Source: Phoronis australis
Lineage: Eukaryota > Animalia > Phoronida
Direction of reading: 5' to 3'
Length of the DNA stretch: 64,000 nt
NCBI GenBank assembly: GCA_002633005.1
Contig: NMRA01000024.1
Span: 389,803-453,802 of the forward strand
Both the position numbers and the translations under genes were made by a program. The notes under the pieces are model-generated. The model was given only the letters and a program-made list of their open reading frames with translations, was not told the origin of the DNA and did no database searches. Of the stretch, positions 26,099 to 37,500 are shown piece by piece; position 1 is the stretch's first letter, and every line of letters starts with the position of its first letter.

Positions 26099-27153
26099 GT
26101 GAGTCGGTGTTTATCTCTCATGATAAGTGAATTATACCCAAACAGATAAAAAGTAAACCGCACTGGAAATTTGTTACCGCTTTTTGCACCGCGGATTCGA
26201 TACTTGTTTATGAAGGGCGGTTATTTGAAATACAATACTTGGAATGTTAGGGCATGAAATTAATATTGAAATCATAACATTTTATTAACTGCGTACCTAA
26301 GATATCTACTGCAACTTACAACGTGACAGAAATATTCCCAACTCGAAGTACGACGGAATCAAGGACGTGAACAGATGAAAGAAATAGTTATAGGGGTCAT
26401 TATTCCTTTATTTTTTCAAAATGGTATGTCATAACCGAATTAATTTTTACTTCATTTAACAATAGTTAAAATGGATTTCCCAGTGAAAGTCCACGCCATC
26501 GTCTTGCAAAAGCAAAACACTGTAAACTAACTGTTTTTCCGGCTTTTAAATTTTGACTTGTCCGAACCAGACCGGTTTTCCTTCAAAAAGAATGTAAATA
26601 ACAGTTTTCGGAAGAAAGTCACGGTACAAACACTTTAAGGTTAAAGCGTTCATCAACTATTTCTCAGTAATGCCCTATGAAAGAAATGACGTTATTATTT
26701 TTTAGAAAATCTTCCATTCAAGGGAACAATATCGGCAAGATAAAACCCACTCGAAGTCATGGCAGAGTATAGTACTGGCGTATTTAACTCAAAAGTCACC
26801 GGATTTGACTTCAATGAATGTCTGCCAGACAACCGTGAGAATTGGCGATTTGTAATAAAATGACAAAACACAACAGGTTTCGCTGTTTTATAGCTTTGGT
26901 CAAAGTTCATAAATTCGAGAAGTTCATATCATCCACAAATATCCCCAAAACGTGTATTTCGGCCATAAAACCGGTAATGTCTCTGTACTGTAAATTTTCG
27001 TACAGGCGAAAAAAGAAACACGTAGCTCACTACTGTAACAAATTCTCGTGGGCGTTGACCCGCTTAACCTGTCCACCCCTTCCTAAAATAATGTCGTTTG
27101 TGTATTCGGTCGAGTGCGATAAGCACGATAGCTGACAGTTAAAGTAATTTCAA

Positions 27154-27245
27154 CAGGTAGTAGTCTGGGAGGATCAGGTGTAACAAAAGACAGGTGTAGA
27201 TTGTATAAAGGTCAGGTGATTAGATCAGGTCCTTATAAACACCTG
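27154..27245. promoter_or_regulatory. Dense CAGGTG/CACCTG cluster upstream of Atoh8
   Basis: CAGGTG at 27175, 27191, 27213; CACCTG at 27240; CAGGTA at 27154; CAGGTC at 27226. Confidence 0.45.
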
Positions 27246-27750
27246 GCACACCTCCGTGTCTGTTCACTGATCAAAAGTATTCAATCAACCCAAGCGACAC
27301 TGTCTGCTTTATACACCATTGCAAGTGAACATGGCGACAGTCATTGAGAAAGGATTTAGCAAAATGGGCTGGCCATTCTTTCAAGGATTTAAGGCCATAA
27401 TTTACATGGCGTATTTCGTTTTAGTGCACTGGACAAATATAATCGTCATTTACCCAATCAATGGTAAAGCAACATAAAAGTGCCACTGTGTTGTGAGTAG
27501 CAGTTCTGGTGCTTTGAGAAGACGAAATGCAACTGACTTTAAATGACTTGGTAGCCGGTAATATGTAGGATACCTCACGTGCAAAGCATTAATTTTAAGA
27601 TTCCAACATATAAAAAGAAAGATGTTACTGTCTAATTTACATGACTGTCTAATTAGTCATAGCCAGGTCATAGTCAAAGAACACGTGGGAGATAGCCATT
27701 GGAATTTCTACATTTGGCACTAGGTGGCGCTCTCTCTCGAATGTTCGCGA

Positions 27751-30004
27751 ATTGATGGTTGCTGCCGTACCAGACTGAGGTTTATGGAATATAGCTGAAA
27801 TGTAGAATAGTTTCCAACCCTAAATTTCCACTAACAGAAGCGAACAAATCACAAGTTATTTCTAAAATGAAAGTATACGAAGTCCTATGACGCATTCGTA
27901 ATTCCATATCTATCGATTGGGAATTAGTATTTTCATTAACTGTTATCAATATAAAATTTTGTCTTTTCTAATAAAAGTTGCTGGTGACGTGCTCAAATAT
28001 AAATTGAATGAATCTGACACATCTAAATTTAGTGGGTTAAAATTAAATCAAATTTCAAACGAGACAACCTATCATTCCCTGTTAGAAAGAAAATAGAATT
28101 TGAATCCTTATATCTGTTGGTAATTCAATTCCCATATGTACGCTTTGAAAAGCTCTTAAAATCCTGCCTTTATGCTTAATTCAGCTTAATTCAATTTGAC
28201 ATTACCACTCGTTGTGCAGCGACATCTTTTGTTCAAACTGCCACGCTTAACTACTGCGAGTTTTACATAACATCGAGTGTGTTTTCACCTTCACCAAAGT
28301 CCCAGGGAAGCTTCTGGGAGCTCGATTCAAACACAAATCAACTTGTGCATCATAATTTTGATTTCAGACTATGCAATCAGTTGTGTTTTGTCGGGAAAAT
28401 CTTTAAGTTGTTGAAAGGAACATTTAAATAACCTACGTGAACAGATATCCTTGCGTTATGGTACTGTTGCTCGTAACCTAGTAAAATACTGTAGACAGTG
28501 GACAGGTACAGACATGGTCTGTGGCGTTTTCGGACAAAAACGCTACGAAACGCTTCCGAGTCTTTTAACTGGAAATTGCGGTAACATTTTTTCTGTTGGT
28601 GCTGACAGTGCTTGAAGCTATGGCTACTNNNNNNNNNNNNNNNNNNNNNNNNNNNNNNNNNNNNNNNNNNNNNNNNNNNNNNNNNNNNNNNNNNNNNNNN
28701 NNNNNNNNNNNNNNNNNNNNNNNNNNNNNNNNNNNNNNNNNNNNNNNNNNNNNNNNNNNNNNNNNNNNNNNNNNNNNNNNNNNNNNNNNTCAAGTATCGT
28801 ATCACATATCACAACATACAAAGATTAACCAGACTCTGGCTGGCGACTGACTGCCGCGAAGTCGACATCGGCGAGTGCCTCAGTTAACAGGCATCGGTAG
28901 AATAATCATGGAATAATCGTTAAAATAATCACAAACCTTACCTTTGTATGAGGTCGTGCTTACTTCCTCTCATAGAAGCACCCTTTTTACGCAATCTCAG
29001 ATTTAGTTGGCACGGCTGCAAGCCATTTCACCATGTATTTAAAGGGCTCGCGAAATCGAGGCTGTTAATCTATCACCACTAGTACACGCACGCCCTCTAG
29101 TTATTGTAGATTTTCCGAATAGCCCCATTGATGGTTGCTGCCGTACCAGACTGAGGTTTATGGAATATAGCTGAAATGTAGAATAGTTTCCAACCCTAAA
29201 TTTCCACTTACAGAAGCGAACAAATCACAAGTTATTTCTAAAACGAAAGTATACGAAGTCCTATGACGCATTCGTAATTCCATATCTATCGATTGGGAAT
29301 TAGTATTTTCATTAACTGTTATCAATATAAAATTTTGTCTTTTCTAATAAAAGTTGCTGGTGACGTGCTCAAATATAAATTGAATGAATCTGACCCATCT
29401 AAATTTAGTGGGTTAAAATTAAATCAAATTTCAAACGAGACAACCTATCATTCCCTGTTAGAAAGAAAATAGAATTTGAATCCTTATATCTGTTGGTAAT
29501 TCAATTCCCATATGTACGCTTTGAAAAGCTCTTAAAATCCTGCCTTTATGCTTAATTCAGCTTAATTCAATTTGACATTACCACTCGTTGTGCAGCGACA
29601 TCTTTTGTTCAAACTGCCACGCTTAACTACTGCGAGTTTTACATAACATCGAGTGTGTTTTCACCTTCACCAAAGTCCCAGGGAAGCTTCTGGGAGCTCG
29701 ATTCAAACACAAATCAACTTGTGCATCATAATTTTGATTTCAGACTATGCAATCAGTTGTGTTTTGTCGGGAAAATCTTTAAGTTGTTGAAAGGAACATT
29801 TAAATAACCTACGTGAACAGATATCCTTGCGTTATGGTACTGTTGCTCGTAACCTAGTAAAATACTGTAGACAGTGGACAGGTACAGACATGGTCTGTGG
29901 CGTTTTCGGACAAAAACGCTACGAAACGCTTCCGAGTCTTTTAACTGGAAATTGCGGTAACATTTTTTCTGTTGGTGCTGACAGTGCTTGAAGCTATGGC
30001 TACT
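27751..30004 (+). repeat. Direct duplication 27751-28628 / 29127-30004 across an N gap (probably uncollapsed haplotype)
   Basis: 878-bp copies with only about three substitutions seen; the first copy ends exactly at the N gap. Confidence 0.9.
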
Positions 30005-30594
30005 GACTAAAGTTGATTTGGATTCGTCAGATTTTCTTCAATACAACAATTTTGGGCAGAACTGACTTCAGGCGCTTGTAAATGGCTACCTTCGGAAACC
30101 TTTGCCAGGTTCATAAAATTCAATGAAGTTGATCATCTGACTTGACCATGTACCTGTACTTAGTACGTAATGTAATCCACACTACAGCAGCGCGCTACTT
30201 TGTCGCTCCTAAATTATTTGAGTCCTTCAAATTTTGTTTTTAACAGTTGTCGTTAATTGTTTACAGGCCCGACATCATTTTAAAGAGTGCCGACTCTAAT
30301 TTTTGACAGCGGCGAGTTGCACTCGATCAGTTGCTCCAGTTTCAATTACACCACTAAACACAACCGGATCAGGGCGGAAGGAATCGTCAATGTTGCTCTT
30401 CAGTGCGCAATAGCCGGTATATACGGATGATCCACTGGCATTTCACATTGATGTTCCCTATTGTTATGCGCGCATGCGCGGACAGTCTTCGTGTAAATGA
30501 CATGTTGATCTAGTATGCAATCTAATGTCGGGTAAATGTGACTAAAGTGGAGTAAGTCGCGCCGTGACACATCTTCTTTATGTGTTCGATCAGT

Positions 30595-30794
30595 GGTCCT
30601 GATGGTTCAGTGGACTGGAGTGTCTGCACAGATAGCAGAAGGTCCCGGGTTCGAGTCCCGATTGGGGCATAAATCTTTTCAGACTTATGTTCATTAGGTC
30701 ACGAGATGTGGCCAACAGGTGACATACAGCCGGACCAGGCTTAAAAATGCCCGTCGGTGAAAACTGGCTGGTCAACTTGTGCCTTATTCAAATT
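30595..30794 (+). mobile_element. tRNA-derived SINE, family S, near full length
   Basis: A-box TGGTTCAGTGG, arm TCTGC-acagata-GCAGA, B-box GGTTCGAGTCCC, body atcttttcagactt...attaggtcacgagatgtggccaacaggtg shared with 46723-46865, 46475-46606 and 47729-47868. Confidence 0.8.
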
Positions 30795-31088
30795 TAAGCA
30801 GTAAGTTCGGTGTACTCGGTATGCCACTTCAATACGTAATTAGTTCACGTAGACGCGGTGTAAAACCCCTTTAGAAATGAGTTCTTACCACTGCAAAGGA
30901 CCGACGGTCGTTACCATTTAGCTGGGTTAGATAGAAATGAGAGCTCCCAAACCCCTGTCACAGCGTCACCTCTCGGGTAGATCCTCGTGTAGTGCTCATG
31001 GTGATTGCACCGAAAACAGTATCACGGCTAGATAGGTGGTTGACCGCTAGGTGTAGTTACCAGTTGGTTCTTTGGAGATACAGAAATG

Positions 31089-32362
31089 CACAGGCGCTTG
31101 GGTTTATCTGTTCCTCGATCGCAAATGACGTCACTCAATAATATATAAAAGAAATCATGGTTGGACACTCGAAATCTGTTTGCTCAGAATTTTCTACTCA
31201 AATGTGCATGGAACTCCACGAAATCGGACAACTCTTAGAATACTTTCTTTCATTCGATCTCTTCAGATTGCCTTCGAGTGGTGATTTGGCGACAAAAATG
31301 CCAAAAGAATGCCAAAATCACAAATTCAAGGAAGTGATTCCGTGATGTCATGGTAGACGGTCTTCGCACATCCAGGTTTTTGACGGACGCTCCCGAGCTA
31401 AATCCGAAAGTCCAATTTCGCGCGGCTTTCATCGGCAATCCCTCGACTACTTGATCATGAGAAGCAGAGAGCACTTTATTGCCAAATAAATGTAATTACT
31501 CAAATATTTGTGTCAAATATAAATTATCCTGATACTGTATTGATATGCGAAGTTTTTTGTGTACTGTGATTTCTTATGAAGGTTTTACTTTTGGCCAAAA
31601 CCATTGAGTTAACTCGTCGGCCACGCGCATTGTAATACTTGCACGGACTGTGTTTCCTGGCCGAGTGTGTGTTGTGCTTCAATCAAAAAAGTGCGTGATG
31701 TCAAGATGAGAAACAAGATACGCCAGTTTATGTAATAAAATTCTAAGTTAAGGGCTAAAATGAGTCGACAGTGGAATAAAGTTACAAATAATCATTAAAA
31801 TACTAACTTTAAAGTGTACACAACATGACTCTAGTACCTCAAAATAAATTTTATTATTATATCTTACTTGATTTCAGTGCCTTTAGTGCACAGCTCATAA
31901 AGAAACACGCAAAAATTGAAAAAAATAATAATTATGTACAACGTCATGGGTTGAACCCAAGTCGTTCGCAATACCGTTCGGATCAGAGACAAAGTGTATA
32001 GAGTGAAGAGAATGCAAAGTACATTTAGCGTCGAGAAGGTTCGTAGAGGGATCAAAAGATGTGTTTCCGGAGGCTGCAGCANTCAGGTCCTTGAATTCAG
32101 AGTTTTGAGATTGTTTTGGAAATTCCATCGCCAATTCACCACTCACGAAGACAGTTAATGGGATCTAGGAAAGATAAGGCTTCGAAGGTTTATGCAACAC
32201 CAGACTGAGGGAGGTGCACGCAGATTTTATTTGCATTTTGGAGGGTTGAAGTTGGAAGCCTCGGCTTGGCAAAGTTTAAGTGTCCAACCTTTATGTTTTT
32301 TTATATATATTATTGAGTGACGTCATTTGCGATCGAGGAACAGATAAACCCAAGCGCCTGTG
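31089..32362. mobile_element. Non-autonomous DNA transposon with ~60-bp TIRs and 8-bp TSD (P- or hAT-like)
   Basis: cagaaatg|CACAGGCGCTTGGGTTTATCTGTTCCTCGATCGCAAATGACGTCACTCAATAATATATA ... perfect reverse complement ending CCTGTG|cagaaatg. No transposase ORF. Confidence 0.9.
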
Positions 32363-34515
32363 CAGAAATGTAGGTATGGAATGCCCACTCCCACACGACA
32401 CGTGACTCATGCATTCTAGTGTTCCAGCTTGCGACACCGAGATTTCACGGGACTAGCTGCGAGAGTTCGCACCGTGAATTTCTGGTTATCCGCTCGACTG
32501 AGTTCTGTTCGAGTATTGTAGTTATCAAATCAAGCTTAATTTCATTGCTTCATTTTCATTTTGTAACTTTTGGTTAACAAAAAGCTGTTACGAAAACATT
32601 GGCGTAATTTAGATGCTGAATGAAAATCTGCAGCCACTTTCGACAACCTATCAAACTGCATGTTAGAAGAATTTCAACAAAACCGTCATCTTTGGGTGTT
32701 AAAACCATGCTACAATATTTCCGGAAGTGACATTTGGTTTCTTTTGACATTCGAGGAAGTTGACAAATGTGACGGCCTTCGCGATATATTCCTTTTTCCC
32801 TTTCGACTAGAAAGAAAAAACCCTGATGTTCATTGGTTTTGCGGCACCCAAAATCATTTCCCATTCGACTAAAAAACTAAAAACGCCGTAGAACTCTGTC
32901 GGGATTGTTACGTGTGTTGTGGCCAATATTTCACCATTGCCTTTTGCCATGGACATTTCTTTTACTTTGTGAAGAAATGAGTTATGATTTATCAATTTCT
33001 ATGTGAAGTCCTAAACTGCAACCAATGTAATAATCTATCGGCAATGTATTTCAAAGTTAAGCAGGAGATGTTTGCCCATTTTTTATCTATCAGGAAATAA
33101 TTAGCTGCAAATTTCGCATATGTAGTTGCAGTAATTAGTTAATTGGTTCGTTTTTTCATGTTACTGTTACACTCTAAATTAATTGATATTAGAAATTAAT
33201 TAGTTGGCTAATTAGTTAATTAATCAGCCAGTTAGTACACGAAGCTTTTCATTATCACAGTCTTCGTTATTTTTGTTTTTTTTTTTTGGTAACATTCTTG
33301 ATTTTTACAATTAAAAAAAATATTTTTAACCTGTCATATATGCAAAATAAGAATTATTTATGAAGTTTATTTATCTCTTGATTCTAGTATAAACATACAC
33401 CATCAAGAGCTCACGAAGGACTTTCTAATGAAATAGCTGTTGTGCAATTTGGCGGAGTTACGAAAAGTTTTAGTGACAGTGAAGAAAGTGATATTTTCCA
33501 TTGGCCTAGTGTAAATTGCGCCTATTATCTAGTTGTGGTAGTACCCATAACCGGCTTCCGGAATCGCCCAATTGCAAGGAGATGATACTCTGTTTGATGA
33601 AGTTTAGGACATTATACCGCACAGTATTCCAAAAATATACAAATTTCTTCGGTGGTAACTGAATTCCAAATTTACTTCGTCTGCTATCCAAACAAAAATT
33701 CGACCCTAAGCCCTATGTTCCATAGCAAGAACCAACAGTCGAATGCAAAGAACTCCCACACATGCGCGGCGGAACCTCAGCTGCGCGTGATCGAAGAAGG
33801 TATTCCATGCCTAGAGTTCTATGCTTCAAATAGATACCAAAATACAGTGTAGCTATATGTGGCATGAATCATGTTAGTTCAAAACGATTTTCGATGTCAT
33901 CATGGTTGTACTGCTTTTTCGTACCCTGAACCTGGCGAGTGCAAACCACAAACGCGATACATGGTATTCGTTCTGGCCCGAAGTGAACCATATGTCGTTT
34001 CCCAAGAATGGCTACGAATGAATATACCTCTTGCCATCTCTCTCCCTCTCCCTCTCTCTCTCCTGAAAATAAATGAAATGTCATTTATTAAAAAAATGTA
34101 TGCTCTATCCAGACACCAAGAACATTTGTTGAGTTAAAATATTCACTCGAATCGTTGATATGATGACATTAAAGGCGTTCAAACAATAATCGTTTGTTTG
34201 TATGAACTAAACAGACCTTATGCAAAGACGATGAGTCGACGTCGAGATTATCCTAGGGTAAACAGTTATTTTAGGCATGACATGTGATCGATGCATCAAG
34301 TACCTTGCGGCATGCGTCAGCTTTTGTCGTGGTGTCCACAGTGCCATTTGCAAACGGATGGCAGGCGGTTTTGAGTGCACTGTGTGGACGGATTCAAATT
34401 GGAGATAATTTTCCATTTGTCATCTTCACTTAGTACAGTACCCAATTATTTGTTTGGAGATAACGCGTTGGAAACAAATTTGAGTGCTGAATCTGAATTA
34501 GTGGAATAAAAACGA

Positions 34516-37500
34516 ATGGAAAGCGTATCCCCTGACAACATGGCTAATGTTTTAGACAAGCTTTGTTTGAATTCTCTTCCACTGATGAAGTTCAAGAAAA
34601 CTGTTAAGTCAACGCCTTCGGCTGTTGATGAGCGCGACCACCAGGGGAACTCCATTCTTCATTTGGCAGCCAGTGTCGGCCGACAGGACATTTTGAGGTA
34701 AGATTTAGACCCTTTTATGTTGTATTTCAGACAGTCCTCATTTTCTGAGTCATAATGGTAAATTAAAATCTATTTTAAAGAGATTAAATTGCCCCATTAT
34801 TTTCTTCACCAAACTTTTCAGAGTAGTCATGGAACCTTTACTGCGGCTCTTGGAACACTTACCATTGCAGACTGATACTTCCCTACCTCTCTCAACGACC
34901 CTCACCACGGAATCCGAAATACAACCTCACAGGGCACACTCAATGTCAAAAAGTTTTGATTCCGTGTTGTAGGCCCTAAAGAGTCTTATTTTGTACGTGG
35001 TATCTATTCTTGTGATGCGAGAGCCACGACCTTTCGTCCCGTGGTCAGAGTTTCGCCTCGTTGCGTAATTGTAGGGACAAAGTGTTCTACGGCGCGTTGT
35101 GGTAAAGGGTTCCACTGCTGCAAAATTACAATTCTCTTTGCGACACATTCACCCTTGTTAAAAATGAGTCGAAGATAAATGAAAGATTTCTCATGGAGTT
35201 TAGCAGTGTCGGTGTGTCTAGTGGTTTTTACACTAAGTATTGGATATTCTACCTCCAGGCGACACTGCTTGTTTTGGGTAACTGACAGTTCTTGTTTTGG
35301 GTAACTGACAGTTCATCAAGTAATCACTCATGCGGATCTAGGATATCTCTAGGTGGGTTCCCAACCCAATTTTCCGGCAAAGGCAAAATGTTCGCGTAAC
35401 CCAGCCTTAAAACATCATTACGGCGGTGTTTTGTGGTCTTGTCCGTAGGGAGGCCGGGCCTCTTAGCCCCCCCCCCCCTTTATATCCATTTATATAAATC
35501 AAACTTTATTGGACTCGGTCGATAAATGGAAACATCTGATGAGTTAATATGCATAACACATTTATGTTGTAGATGGCTATTCACAGGGTGCCACGTTGAA
35601 GAAGCAGATTGTCTTGTTGGAAATAACGTCAATGAAACATGTGCTGAAGTCGCTACCAAAGAAGCACAGCTTGGATGCTTAAAGGTCATAATAAAGTACA
35701 GCAAATCTAAAAGAATTTTCAAAAGGACGCTTGAAAATGGCGGTGGCACACTGTTGCATCTGGCGACGTCTGGCGGTCACTTGGCAATCGTGAAATGGTT
35801 GCTAAAACAAGAGAAAGTCCTCGCCAAATCATTGGATCATGACGGCCGCACTCCTCTGCATTTGGCGGTGCTAATGGGTTCGTTATTCGTTTTGTCGAGT
35901 CCATTGATTATTTTAAGTTACTCATTTCCGTTGTGGCTGCAGGAATCTTGGTATATACTTTTGTCAGATCCCAGTACTACTTTGTGAAGGTTGAATTAAT
36001 ATGTTTGTCGGGAATTCCGCATGGCATATAATACCAATTTTTACTGTTTTAGGTTTTGGAAAAATAACCAAAGCTATTGCTTCAGCTGCATATTCTTCAA
36101 GATGCTTACGTGATAACTTTGGTGAGTAGTGAAACTTAAGCTAAAATATGCCAAGCTGAGGTATTACGCTATCTCTTAGTGTTACTGTTACCGTAATACC
36201 TTAGATTGGAGCTATTGATAATCAAAAACTGCAAAATGCTGCCGAAAACGTGAGATCCAGGTTTTCACGTACCATTTCAATATTCCCGATGACGGTGTAG
36301 CTGGAGTAATTCTATATAAAAAACGGAAAGGAGATTGTATGTAAAAATGACCGATTATTTCAAAATACCAGTTGACCGTGGCAAAAGTTGCCTTATCTTT
36401 TTAGGAGTTTCTGATGATTGTTATCCCTTTTCATGACTTTTTTGTATATCTGCTTAAATGTCACACTCAAGCCTATTGATGTGTGAGTGACTTTTGGTTA
36501 AAACATCACATTATCGCGTCACATTATAGAAAATTGATGACAATTTACTTTGTTGATGTTGTGTCTAAATGTTGTTTTAGTTTGTCCGGCTAAAAAGGTC
36601 ATTTTTACCAATTTCTATTGTTCTATCAAAGCTAAATCAGATAACTTAGAAACAAAAACTCACTTTCATGAGTTACTGCTGTCTTTTTTTAACCCAACGT
36701 AACAATGGAAAAGTCTTATCTCTATCACAGTAATTGTACAGTTTGTAAAAATGAATCGAACAAAGTGCCAAGTAAATTGATATCATCTGTAGTGCTTCAT
36801 GAATGGCAACCGGGGAAGTTATCCGGCGGATTGCGACGCAAGAGGCTCTACTTTCAACAATAAAAGTAGGCCTACGTTCGCAGTCAATATGGGACTTTCG
36901 TCAGTGTTGGCGCTCTCCAGAGTAATGAGAGCACGGAAGTGACTTCCGATTGATCCCGGCTGAGACATGGTGGACAGGAATTCAATTACTGCATAGTGGT
37001 TCATTAATTTAAAATCAGGGGAATAAATTCCGCGGCCAGTCCCTCCCATCGTTTGAGTATCTTAAGTTCACTAATTTATTTTTGACACCGACTGGGATCG
37101 AAATTATCCCGCTTGATAAGCCGCAGCCACTGGTTTTGCCGCGGATTCTTCGCAGTGTGTGGAATGGAACATGATGTCCTTGCTCATCCATTGATATTTC
37201 AAAAGACACACAGCAGTGTAAATGTACAAGCATTATAATAGCAGGAACGGTGATCAATCGCTGTTTAGACCAGTAGGTTGAAACCTCCCGTCCGCATTAC
37301 ATGGGTTCTGTAAGTGGTGCTACAAAAGACCCGATCGCCGTCCGGCGGGATAGCCCAATATGGCGCGGCTATTTCGAAAGCCAGCTATTGTAGAGGTTCA
37401 AAATAACAGAGTTACCCACACTTCGACTGTAGCCTTCTTATTTCAAAAAGGTCCACTGGCACTGTCTCGAGAGCCTAAATGAATATATAGAGAGAGGTAG

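Noticed and set aside
30595-30670. tRNA gene
   Set aside because: The anticodon loop differs between copies (acagata versus acgatta) and the head is fused to a shared repeat body, so it is a SINE.
31157-32146. Similar peptides on opposite strands (SGDLATKMPKECQNHKFKE / SGELAMEFPKQSQNSEFKD)
   Set aside because: Explained by inverted DNA arms of the transposon, not by a gene pair.
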